Part shown: positions 11,140 through 21,390 of the stretch, piece by piece
How positions within the stretch are numbered: position 1 is the first letter of the stretch
Layout of the letters: the number at the start of each line of letters is the position of its first letter
Source of the DNA: Chrysochromulina tobinii
Taxonomy: Eukaryota
Assembly: GCA_001275005.1 (NCBI GenBank)
Contig: JWZX01003188.1
Coordinates: 1-44,701 of the forward strand
Length of the DNA stretch: 44,701 bases
Direction: 5' to 3'
Translations under genes and position numbers: made by a program
Notes under the pieces: model-generated
The model's database searches: none
What the model was told of the DNA's origin: nothing
What the model saw: only the letters and a program-made list of their open reading frames with translations

Positions 11140-13389
11140 TCAGGAGGTCGTCTCTCTGGCATGTTGAACAGCTCCGTCTGGCAGTACCTGAACGTTCACG
11201 TCAATGGGTGTTGCCGCCCTCAGTGCATCAAGCCTCTGGTCAAAAAGCTGCAGCTGTGCATCCATCCTGGCCTGAGCGGCCTGCATGTCACGCAGCATGT
11301 CAACGAGCCGACTGGTCGTCTCTTCGAGCCTCCCATGAGCCGCGTGGGGAGCGACAACATCCTCGTGCACACTTCCGTCCAAACTCGCGGCTCCGCGCGG
11401 TTCGTGGGGGCCACACCCTTCGTCCAAACTGTCCAAAGGTTTGGCTTTCCTGTTCGAACTTAGGCGGGTACTGGTCGGGCTGAATCCACTCTCGTCAGGC
11501 TCAGTTCTCCACGACTCAAGGTAAGTGTACCCCTGCGCATCTTCGCAGCGTATGAAGGAGCGGCACGTCGCGAATCCTGTCCTAGGTCTATCTCCTGGAC
11601 TAACGTCGTTGCCGACTTGCGAGAGTGACAGGATCAGATAGCGCTGCAAGACGATGTTACGCATGCGCTTCCGAATCTTCGCCATCTCGTCAGGGAAAGC
11701 ATTCCCCACCCGGACAAAGTCGTGACGGCGCAGCAGCATACACTCGCAGAAGGTCAGCGCCACCGCTTGTGAGTGGTCGACGATCGCAAAGTCGCGCTGT
11801 GGGAGGAGTGCATCTTCGCCCCACACGCGCCCCTTGCCCAGAAAGCGATAAAGCTTCACCACCATGCCCTGTTTGAGCACGTACAGCTGGCCGATGGGCA
11901 TCCGCTCGTGCACGATGAATGCAGAGAGCTGGAGTTCCATCGCGAGCGCTGCGACAAAGTCCCTCTCGAGCCGCGTCGAGCCGAGCCCGTTGAGGAACCA
12001 GATCTGCCTGAGCCAGATGCTGTTCGCCGCGACCGCGACCGTTCCCTTGAGCAGCGGGGACATCTTGGCGAGAAGGTCTTCATCGTCGTTAGCCTCGAGC
12101 ATGTGGCGCGCGTTGTGAAAGTACTCGCGCAGCATGATACGCATATCCTTGGGCAGCTGACGCTCGCGCATAAAGTAGTTGAGGGTGTCCATCGTGTTGC
12201 GGTACTGCACAAGGTTCGGGTTGAGGGTGGAGTAGACGCCCGCGATCGTGCCGATGACGTACGCCCACGCGGACGCAGTCACGAGCATGAGAACGACCGC
12301 CACGGCCTGCTCGGGAGTGTTCTGCGCAGAGATGTCGCCATAACCGATGCCCGTGAGCGTCATGGTCGCCCAGTACAGCGCAGCAACGTACAACTCAAGC
12401 GGGCTGTCGAAGTCCTGCCCCTTGTCCTCTCGCATCGCCCGCTTCCACGTAGGTGACTCGTCATCAATGAAGAGGCTTGGCAAGAAGCTCCACATGCATG
12501 CTGAAAGGTGGGCGATGGAAATGATCATGAAGATGAGTTTAATGATCTCTGTCACAGCGTACGTGATCTCAAAGTACTTGACGAGCAGGTCGGTGATCAG
12601 TGAAGTGAAGACGCGCGCCGCCTTGAGCACTCGCGCCAGCTTTACGAGGCGCAGCAATCGAATCGTGCGTACACCCAGTGCGGCCTTCATCCCGGTGCGT
12701 TCCGAGCCATCCAGCGGACCACTCCCCACTTCTGGTCGTGTGGGATCGTGCACAAAGGGGTAGCACGTCGCGTTTTCATCGAGTAGCAGGACCACGTAGA
12801 TAGGCAGGATCGAGAGGACGTCAAAGAAAAACCAAGTCTTCAAGTATTGCCATGCGATCTTCCTCTTACTCGTGACCCAAACCCCCGTCGTTCCGTCCAC
12901 GTACTGCAGATGGAAAAGGATCACAATATCAATCATAAAGAGCAGATCGATGATGCGATTGAACAGGAACAGTCCGTCCACGCACTGCGCATCTTCGACG
13001 AAGCCAACCTCGTAGGGCGTCACGATTGCGGTCAGTACCGTTGCAAAGAATGTGACAACGTCCCAAATGGGTATCCACGTTGAACGCTGTGGGTTGATAG
13101 TGTCCCGATCTCCCATGTACGATTTGATGAGCATCGAACGCATCCTTTGCTTGTTGAGCTTCTCGGTGCGCGGATTCGGAATCCTTGAAGTGCTCTGCGG
13201 GTCGTTGGACGGACGGCCTGAATTATCGACCACTCGAAGCTCCACGTCGGACCGACGTTGCAGGACTTTCATTCCCCGTAAAGCCGGGGTCCACAAATCT
13301 GATACGGTGTATAGGGGCAAGGTTGCAGCGCGCGGTTTGGTCGGTCCAATCTTGCGCACGTCCGGCGACTTGTCCAGGCTGGCGTCCAT
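11140..13389 (-). CDS. Voltage-gated cation channel, CNBD superfamily (HCN/KCNH-like)
   Basis: Six TM segments, S4 RTIRLLRLVKLARVLKAAR, pore TMTLTGIGYGD, C-linker YFMRERQLP...LREYF, and a degenerate CNBD (WGEDALL). Confidence 0.9.
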   Translation of the reverse strand: MDASLDKSPDVRKIGPTKPRAATLPLYTVSDLWTPALRGMKVLQRRSDVELRVVDNSGRPSNDPQSTSRIPNPRTEKLNKQRMRSMLIKSYMGDRDTINPQRSTWIPIWDVVTFFATVLTAIVTPYEVGFVEDAQCVDGLFLFNRIIDLLFMIDIVILFHLQYVDGTTGVWVTSKRKIAWQYLKTWFFFDVLSILPIYVVLLLDENATCYPFVHDPTRPEVGSGPLDGSERTGMKAALGVRTIRLLRLVKLARVLKAARVFTSLITDLLVKYFEITYAVTEIIKLIFMIISIAHLSACMWSFLPSLFIDDESPTWKRAMREDKGQDFDSPLELYVAALYWATMTLTGIGYGDISAQNTPEQAVAVVLMLVTASAWAYVIGTIAGVYSTLNPNLVQYRNTMDTLNYFMRERQLPKDMRIMLREYFHNARHMLEANDDEDLLAKMSPLLKGTVAVAANSIWLRQIWFLNGLGSTRLERDFVAALAMELQLSAFIVHERMPIGQLYVLKQGMVVKLYRFLGKGRVWGEDALLPQRDFAIVDHSQAVALTFCECMLLRRHDFVRVGNAFPDEMAKIRKRMRNIVLQRYLILSLSQVGNDVSPGDRPRTGFATCRSFIRCEDAQGYTYLESWRTEPDESGFSPTSTRLSSNRKAKPLDSLDEGCGPHEPRGAASLDGSVHEDVVAPHAAHGRLEETTSRLVDMLRDMQAAQARMDAQLQLFDQRLDALRAATPIDVNVQVLPDGAVQHARETTS

Positions 13390-13742
13390 ACGCCAGCGTG
13401 TTGAGTGTACCCTTCAGGACGTGCGATGCGAGACTTATGCCCCCTGGTCGCCCCTTTGGAGTCGTTTCTTCAGCCAGTTCAGTTCAGTTCAGTTTCTTCG
13501 CGGTCCCCCCACGCTCTTCAGCCGAGTATGGCAATCACGATCACACAACGAAGTTCAGTCAGACAGAACTCTCAACACCACCACGCACACACACCTATAT
13601 ACTTAAAGACGATTCAACGCGGTAGGCTCTCGAGGGGGTCCCAACTTTCAGAGCTTTCAGTTTCGCTCAACGCGCGCGCGCGCGCTCGCGCAGCACGACT
13701 GCACGTGGGGCACTCGGCTGAACTGGGAACACAACATGCATG

Positions 13743-14433
13743 TCAAGCTGAGCCCGACCACCAAGACGTACCGGACGAGTCCACATCTCCATCGTACTCG
13801 ACTAGCGGTGGCGGCGATGCAGGTGGCGGAGGCGAAAACGGTGCCGGGGGCAGGGGAAGCAGAAATGGTGGATACGGCGGCGGAGGCGGCGGAGATGGTG
13901 GTGAGGGCGGGAAAGGGGAAGGCGGCGGCGATGGCGGCGGAGGCGGAGATGGAGGTGGCGGGCATGGCGGCCATGAAGGCGGCATCGTCAAGCTGCGACG
14001 GTGAGAGTCGAAAGTCACGCGGCCTGTCAGCGCATGGAATCGACGCGAGGCCACAAGCAGTCAAGCGGCTTAGCGCGATTCTATTCGAGTCGGGCAGTCA
14101 CCTGCTCCACCATGGCGGCGGGCTGGGCGGCGCAGGCATTGACGGAGGAGGTGGCCTCAGCCGACGTGGAGGAGGTGGCTTAGGTGATGGAGGTGGGGGG
14201 GGTCGCGGCGGCGGTGGAGAAGGTGGCGGTGGCGGCGGTGGCGGGGAGGAGGGTGGTGGCGGTGGCGGTGGTGGATAGTTCAGCACTATGAACGGAGGCG
14301 GCGGGGGTGAAAATGGTGGCGCAGGCGGAGAAGGAAAGGGAGCGAGCATCGGCGGAAAGGGAGGCGGTGGGAACATCGGTGCGAGCCAGCTGCTCAAGCC
14401 GTCGAGAGCGGCGGGAGTGGCTTGTGAGCGCAT
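13743..14433 (-). CDS. Ser/Pro-rich (SPPPP, extensin/pherophorin-like) protein; probable intron 13993-14101
   Basis: Two Pro-rich ORFs (14098-14433 and 13743-14054) are joined in frame by AG|GTGACT...CTCACCGTCGCAG|C. The start and function are uncertain. Confidence 0.5.
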
Positions 14434-14544
14434 TCGGTTGCTCTACTCGCCAAAACAATGAGACGAATCGTCGACGGTTGCGCACCGCCCGCGTGAGCTT
14501 GGCAAACAGAGGCTTATCTTGAAGAACAGGCGCGTTTGTTTCAT

Positions 14545-14570
14545 GTCAAGTCAAGTCAAGTCAAGTCAAG
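14545..14570. repeat. (GTCAA)5 pentanucleotide microsatellite
   Basis: gtcaagtcaagtcaagtcaagtcaag. Confidence 0.95.
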
Positions 14571-15348
14571 ACGACGTCGATGAGCGTGCGAAGCGCACAC
14601 CAGGGGACACCGGACCGGGTCGGTGTAGGAGAAGGAAGCCTTCGTACCCTAAATAACAACTGCCAACTCAACGCCGGAAACTAGAGCCGTATTGGGAACC
14701 TATACACTCGAGGACCGCGCTCAGACGGACGAAAGAAGGTTGACACTTTTGTCTGACTCGTGAATCATATCAAAAACAAAACATAAATCAACTTCAACTT
14801 TCACCTTCAACATCAAATCATCAACAACGGGCGCGGCGCGGCGCCCCGCCGCGACGCCGCCTCGCTCTGTTGAGAGTTGACAGATGACACTCAGTCCATT
14901 TTGAAACCATTTGAAACTTGAAATCCTTGGGACTCTAAGGGGGTGGGAACTAGACATATACCGGATCGGCGCATACCCGTTCTGAGGCGGTTGAGATCTC
15001 TCCTTCTGCGGTGCGCGGCTACCCACGCGCCTCTCCACGCCGCACAGGCACAGCATGCCCTCACATGGTACATGTACGAGCACGGGACGATGGCACATGC
15101 GATGCCCGTTGACGATTCGGAGCGCCTGGCGGCGCTAGCGCCACGGAGGGTGCTGGGCCCTGGGCGCGCCCCAACGCGAGAGAGCATGATCGACGGGGCT
15201 CCACCGCGGAGTCGTTGGGCAGCAGGCGGCAGGCAGCCGCACGGTGGCGTCTGCACGGCGGGAGTCTCTCGGAGACGGCGTGTGCCACGCCTTCGGCCTC
15301 GGCGCGGCGACTCCCGTAGGGCCAGGGCCAGGGCAGCCAGCAACCGAC

Positions 15349-16546
15349 TTAGGCTCCGTCGAGCGCCGCCTCGAGCGCCTCCGCCTCGGCCTCCGTCTCG
15401 GCTGTGGCTGTCATATCGTATTCGTCAGCTCCTGGCGCGACGGGCCCCGGCGCGACTGGTGCTGCTACTGCTTCTGTGGCTGCTGTGGCTGCGGGTGCGG
15501 CCGGCCGGACAGCACCGTCGCCGTTGCCTTCCTGAGAGGAAGGCAACGCGGCGCCTGCGGAGGCACCGTCTTCGGCAGCAGCAGCAGCGGCCGCATGATT
15601 GGCCTCGCCGCTCGGCACCGCAGATGAGGGTGCGACGGCAGCTGCAGCGGCGGCGGGAGAGCCTCCCTCCTCAACCTCCTCGTCGAGCGAGGACGTCAGG
15701 CACAGATGCGGCGGCAAGGACGCGCCCGTGGCGCCCAACGGTGGAGAGGCGTTGGAGGCGGCGGCCGGCGGTTTGGTTGGCGAGCCCGCGGCGGCCATCT
15801 TGGCTGCCTCGGCCTTGGCAAACGTGTGTATCGAGTGCCCAGCCAAGTCAGCCATCAGCCAAGGCTGCAACGACTTCTGCGCGCGGTTGATCAGCTGGCT
15901 CGCGCTGCCGGGCCAGCACCCGGACTCAATCTTGGAGAAGAGCAGATCCGGCCCGTAGACCTTGTGGCTCTGCGTGTTCACCAGCTTGAAGGTCACCTCA
16001 AAGGCGCCGATGCGCGGCGCGAATTGCTCCTGCTTCGCGCCCAAGCCGCCCGGAAGGAAAGCTGCTTCGCGCCCCAAGCGGTTGCGCGACACTGCCGACA
16101 TGGCAGACTGCGGCCGTGACGTGCGCGTGCTAGCTGCCGACTGCGGTCGCGTCTGGCGGCCGCCACCGGCACCACCGCTGACTCGCACGGCGCCTGGTGT
16201 GCTCGGGTCGATGCGCACCGCGCCCATGCCTGGCTCCCACTTGTGAAATGAGCAGCTGCCCTCGCCAGCGAGCAGGTCGAGTGTCTGGCTGCAGCCTGCT
16301 GAACTCCTCCTCGTACTTTTCGTGCGAGCCCTTGAGGCTGCCCAGCTTGGATGGGCGCTGCGCCTCGCACATCTCGACAACGATGACGAGGTCGTGGTGC
16401 TTCTGCAGTGTCAGCAGCGGCGGCTTCTCCTCCTCAGCGTCGAGGTCCATGATGTTGTTTACGCCCTTGGATCGAAGGACGGCATCGACGACGTCCGAAC
16501 GCGTCGGGTCCCTGGGCGGTGGTGAGCCTTCTGAGGCACGCGCCAT
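15349..16546 (-). CDS. Rdx-family (SelW/SelT/SelH fold) Cys-only protein with one frameshift near 16289
   Basis: N-terminal LVIVVEMC...H.KYEEEF in one frame, continuing in another frame with PRIGAFEVT and LLFSKIESGCWP, typical of the Rdx-family C-terminus. One extra base at CTG CAG C CAG ACA; no intron seen. Confidence 0.6.
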
Positions 16547-16918
16547 CGTCGGTCCGGAGCGAACGCAGTCGTCAGGCAATTCGCCGCAGACCAGTCAAGC
16601 GAGGCCACAAACGGCCTTGTTGCTCACAAACGGCCTAGGCCCGAGGTGGGACACTGATGCGTGAACAGTCGGGAGAGTCGACACCGACATCGAGCAGACG
16701 TTGCAGGGTGCCATCGGAGCGCCCACTTCGACGCTTTCGTGGAGGGACGCCTTGCGCGAAGTGCGTGTGCTGCGCGTCCGCGTGACTGCCGCGCGCGCGC
16801 GCGCGCCGCGCGCGAAGCCGAAAGAGCCGGATCGCGCTCACGCCCGCGCGCTTCTGTGCCCTGCCCCTATCCGCCGCGCACAGGCTCGGCTCGCGCGTGT
16901 GGTCGTTCGCGTTGCGCC

Positions 16919-17845
16919 ATGTCGCGCCGCTACGACTCGCGCACGACCATCTTCTCGCCCGAGGGGCGTCTCTACCAGGTAGAGTACGCCATGGAGGCGA
17001 TCTCGCATGCGGGCACCGCGATCGGCATCCTGGCCTCGGACGGTATCGTCTTGGCCGCCGAGAAGAAGCTCACCTCCAAGCTGCTCGAGCCGACCAAGTC
17101 CTCTGAGAAGATGTACATGATCGATGAGCACATCGCGGTTGCGGTCGCGGGCATCACCGCCGATGCGAATATCCTGATCAACCAGGCACGGATGCACGCG
17201 CAGCGTTACCGCTTCGCCTTCCAGGAGCAGCAGCCTGTCGAGCAGCTCGTGCAGACCCTCTGCGACGAGAAGCAGGCGTACACGCAGTACGGCGGGCTCC
17301 GCCCCTTTGGCGTGTCAATGCTCTACGCGGGCTGGGATAAGACGTGAGCCCCAAAGCCGCCTGCGCGTTCTTGCGCGCGCCACCCCGAGACATCCTATCG
17401 GAGGATGAGGGGGGCGTCACCCCATGCGTACTTTGGCCCTCTCGCGGTTCCCCAACTCGCTCCCCATGTTCGATCTCCGCCCTGACCGCAATACATGCGC
17501 CGATGCTCTCTGCGCAGGTATGGCTTTCAGCTGTACCAGTCAGATCCCTCGGGCAACTACAATGGGTGGAAGGCCACGTGCATCGGCGCCAATAACCAGT
17601 CGGCTATGTCGCTCATGAAGCAGGAGTACAAGGACGAAGTGATCCCCCTGAGCGCCGCGCTGCAGCTCGCGATGAAGGTGCTCACCAAGACGTGCGACGC
17701 GACCTCGCTCACTGCGGACAAGTTTGACCTCGCAACGCTCACCAAGAACGCCGAGGGCAAGATCGTCTACCACGAGTTTACCGAGGCCGAGGCCCAGAAG
17801 CTGCTCGAGCTCGCGAAGGCGGAAGCCGCGTCCGCAGACGCGTAA
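16919..17845 (+). CDS. PSMA4: 20S proteasome subunit alpha-3; exons 16919-17343 and 17518-17845
   Basis: [32 protein letters not shown]...GGLRPFGVS...|[18 protein letters not shown] intron 17344-17517. Confidence 0.96.
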
Positions 17846-18249
17846 GATGCGGCGACGCGCCGCCATGGTTGCGGGCCGGGAGAATAAGGGACCCACACCG
17901 CAGCGCAACGTGTGTACTCTGTTGCGTGGGGCGGGGGGATTAATGAGATGGTAATTTTACAAAATCCATGCAGAACGGACGAGGGGGCGCCGCGCAAACT
18001 ATGGCCCGGCGCCGCCCCGCGGCGGGTCTCCGCACGCCTCGTCGCGTCACGCCAGGCCACCGCGCGCCGCCGGCGGCCGCGGAGGGGCCCGGCACACGCT
18101 CCTCGCTGGGCCGGCAGCAGGCGGACCGCGTTAGCGCGCCGGAGCGCCCGGGGAGGGGACCGGCGACACCCACCCACCGGCGCGTACTAGGGCACGACGT
18201 CGCCGGGCATGCCACGGCGCGCCTTCTGCTTCTCCGGCACACTGTGGAT

Positions 18250-19161
18250 TCACCAGAGCCCGAGCCCACGGAGGAGCACATTGCCCATGTTCTTGTACCC
18301 CTTGTCGTTGGGATGGCACTGGTCGCATGACTGCGCGTCGCAATAGAAGCCGCACGCGGGATATTCCGAGTCCTTGGCGCACGTGGTGGGCCAATCCGGA
18401 TCGGTCTCCCATTGGTGCTCACCACCCATGGGGATGAACATGTCGATGATACCTGTGACTGCGGAATTTGCGGCTGCGATCATCGGCACCAGGACCGGGT
18501 ACAGGGAGTTGATGACGGTACGGTTCATCCCATACGCATTGTCTTCCATGAGCGGCGGCGGTACCATCAGGTAGATCTTGGGCGGCTTGCCCGACTCCGT
18601 GCCTAGCGTGCTGACGACCTCGATCATGTCGTTGTAATCGGCCGCGAATTGGCAGTCCCATATCTTGGGCGCTGTGGGTGTGCCGCAGTCATGCGGCCAA
18701 TTGTTGGGGCCGTGGGAGCCCGGGTCCTTCGCGTCATTCGTCCCGAGCATGATCGTCACGATGTCCCACTTGTTCGTCGTGAGCGTTATGTAACTCGACC
18801 GCTGCCAGTATGGCGAGTCGGCCTTCTTAAGCATCGTGCTCCCACACTCTCCCAGATTGGTGACCGAGTAGGAGCCCGCACCGTGTGAGGCATCGAGCAG
18901 CATCTGGAGCTGGCTCGGATACGGGTGGTTGCCACCCGAGCTGCATACGCCAGCAGTGATGGAGTCGCCGATCGTGGCAATCGTGACCGACTTATTCGAG
19001 GCCTTGCGCTGGTGGCAAACGAGGTCATCAGCCGCCTGCGCGACGCTGAGGTTGAGGAGCGGGTGCTTCCGGTCGCATGATGGGAACCCGGGCACACCGA
19101 GTCGCGGGTTGATTGGCAGCAGTTGGTCGTGCGAGCAAGCTGCCAGGAAGATCGGTGTCAA
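18250..19161 (-). CDS. SGNH/GDSL hydrolase (acetylesterase-like), probably secreted
   Basis: Block I IATIGDSITAG, block II NLGECG, block III MLGTND, block V DQCHPN. No in-frame ATG lies upstream of the GDS motif, so the 5' end is unresolved. Confidence 0.85.
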   Translation of the reverse strand: MTPIFLAACSHDQLLPINPRLGVPGFPSCDRKHPLLNLSVAQAADDLVCHQRKASNKSVTIATIGDSITAGVCSSGGNHPYPSQLQMLLDASHGAGSYSVTNLGECGSTMLKKADSPYWQRSSYITLTTNKWDIVTIMLGTNDAKDPGSHGPNNWPHDCGTPTAPKIWDCQFAADYNDMIEVVSTLGTESGKPPKIYLMVPPPLMEDNAYGMNRTVINSLYPVLVPMIAAANSAVTGIIDMFIPMGGEHQWETDPDWPTTCAKDSEYPACGFYCDAQSCDQCHPNDKGYKNMGNVLLRGLGLW

Positions 19162-19407
19162 TCATGATCAATTCCGCAAGTTTGAATCCCCAATGGGAGT
19201 TTGGGACGCATCGGAGCCTCCGGAATACAAAATACATTTCGCAGCTCTACAACATGAGCTACACGACGACATGGACGTGAGGAGAACACGCTCATAGAGC
19301 TCCATAGGTCTTGACTGTGAACTTACATAAGCCCTCGGTCTTACGTCTTCGCGTCTTCGGCTGCCTCTTCTGTCTTCAAGAACGAAGAAGACAAGAACCC
19401 GCAGCGC

Positions 19408-21159
19408 TCAGTCGATACGAGCGTCGCCATGCAAGGAGCCGCCGGGTGTGAGCGGTTCGGCCAGGTTGGAGGCCGTGATGGCAAACGAGCCGAGTACCTT
19501 GACGTTCACGGCGAGCCTCTGGGCCTGCAAGCAGCGAAGCGCGGAGCCGAAGTGACCGTCGGCTTCGTGCCCATCGGCCTCGAGGAAGAAGTCGGTCATG
19601 TGCGCGTCCTGCAGGCTCGCGTACGACTGGATCGAGCGGAGGTTGACCCCTTGCTCATGGAAGACGGCGAGGATCTGCGCGAGTGAGCCCGGAGAATCAC
19701 TCGACGTCGAGAAGAGCAAGAGACTCTTGTCATGCCCGCTCGGCGCGCCGCCGACGGTGCGCGCCTTGGCGAGCACGAGCGAGCGCGCATACTCAGACAG
19801 GCTGTCGGGCGCGCTCGCGAGTAGCTGGAGGGCCGCGTGCGGCTTCGCGTCCACCTCGACGAGGTATGCGGTGGTTTCATGCTCGGGCAGCTCGACGACT
19901 CCTTCCCAAGGGGTGTGGGAGCCGTGCGGGTCGAGCTCCACCTCGTCCATCTCGATCGTGCCCGCGAGCACGTCGGCTAGCCAGCCGGCGCACAGGCGCA
20001 GCACGCCAGGGCGCGCGCGCACGCGGCGCACCGCACTGAGCGCGGCCTTCGCGTACAGGGCAAAGCGCGCATCGTGCACCACCTCGCCCACGACGCGCAG
20101 CGAACTCTCGCGCAGCAACGATCGCGTCACCGCGAGCACGCCCGAGTCGCCTTGCTCAAGAAGCACCATGCCAAAAGTGGCGCGGTTGGCCATCACCGCG
20201 CCGAAGACGTCCGCCACATTCGAGCAACGGATCAGGAGCGGTGCCGCTTTGCCTTTGGGACAGCTACGCACGAATCGGTGCACCGTCCCCTTATGGCAAG
20301 CGGAGCCCGGCGCGCCGTGATGGGCGATCTGCTGCGACGAGAGCCGCTGCAGCAGGTACTGCACCTCGGCGACCTTGGTCAGTGGGATCACGTAGTCGCG
20401 GTACATGGCCACGATCTGATCGGGATCGATGCGCGCGGCGCCGCCGCCGCCGCTGCTGCCCGCCGTCTGTGACGCGGCGATGCTTGGGGCGCTCGGCGAC
20501 ACGCTCGGTGACACGGGGGCCTCGATCTCCTGCCCAAAGGTGGACGCCTTGAGCCGCACGCGCTGGAGCACGCGCTGCTCGACGGCGGCGTTCGTGAGCA
20601 GCTCCATGATGCCCTCCTCATCCCCAGCCTCGATGAGCCTCGTATACTGCTCTGGCTGCGCACGGAACTTGCTCTCGGCGACGTAAAAGCCGTAGTGCAC
20701 GCGCTTCGAGATGGCCTGGAGAGCGGCGATGTCGGCCACGACGGAGGAACCGTGCTGCTGGTCGTCGCCAGGACCGCACAGGCCGGGCACGACGCGGCTG
20801 AGGTACATGTCCATGATCTCCCCATTCAGGTTGACGATGCACGGGTGCAGCACTGGCTCAAAGTCGATCATTGGCAGCTGCGGCGCGGGCAGCCGGTGCG
20901 GGAAGAAGGCGTGCTCGTCGGGGCTGGTGTAGCGGCGCACACGCGCGTGCAGCCGCTCCGTCTCGAGGAGCATGAAGTCGAGCAGCGAGGCGCCCTTGCC
21001 GGCGAGCACCGCGTAGCTGTTGGCGGAGCCGCGCTCGTAGCACGACGCGTTTTGTCTGTGCTGCGCGCGCTCGATGAGCGCGAAGATGATGGTGTCCTCC
21101 TGACGGATGAGCGCGGAGCGGATGGAATCGAGCGACAGACTAGAGGGCGGTACAGTCAT
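19408..21159 (-). CDS. Eukaryotic-type chorismate mutase fused to a degenerate prephenate dehydratase domain and an ACT domain
   Basis: LDSIRSALIRQEDTIIFALIERAQ, RRYTSPDEHAF, LQAISKRVHYG.YVAESKF and VIPLTK.AEVQYLL; then PDT-like IAHHGAPGS...DVFGAV...FGMVLLEQ and ACT-like KSLLLF...PGSLAQILAVF...VNLRSIQS...FFLEADGH...VKVLGSF. Confidence 0.88.
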   Translation of the reverse strand: MTVPPSSLSLDSIRSALIRQEDTIIFALIERAQHRQNASCYERGSANSYAVLAGKGASLLDFMLLETERLHARVRRYTSPDEHAFFPHRLPAPQLPMIDFEPVLHPCIVNLNGEIMDMYLSRVVPGLCGPGDDQQHGSSVVADIAALQAISKRVHYGFYVAESKFRAQPEQYTRLIEAGDEEGIMELLTNAAVEQRVLQRVRLKASTFGQEIEAPVSPSVSPSAPSIAASQTAGSSGGGGAARIDPDQIVAMYRDYVIPLTKVAEVQYLLQRLSSQQIAHHGAPGSACHKGTVHRFVRSCPKGKAAPLLIRCSNVADVFGAVMANRATFGMVLLEQGDSGVLAVTRSLLRESSLRVVGEVVHDARFALYAKAALSAVRRVRARPGVLRLCAGWLADVLAGTIEMDEVELDPHGSHTPWEGVVELPEHETTAYLVEVDAKPHAALQLLASAPDSLSEYARSLVLAKARTVGGAPSGHDKSLLLFSTSSDSPGSLAQILAVFHEQGVNLRSIQSYASLQDAHMTDFFLEADGHEADGHFGSALRCLQAQRLAVNVKVLGSFAITASNLAEPLTPGGSLHGDARID

Positions 21160-21390
21160 TTCGCACCGAATGCGAGGCAAAAGGCCCCTTGTGCGCGGGC
21201 TATCAGGAGACGCAGAGATGAGCCGGCGAAATTACATCCCTCATCAAGGGGCGTCGTCTCCCAGGCCGCGCTCGCGGCAGGCTCCCCGCTCTGTGGGGAT
21301 TCGTAAAGGCCGATGTTACTTTGCGGCGTTTTTTTGCCGCCAAGAGTTCCGCCAAGCGCTCGCTAACGCAGTCCCTGCCTGCGCGTCGGC

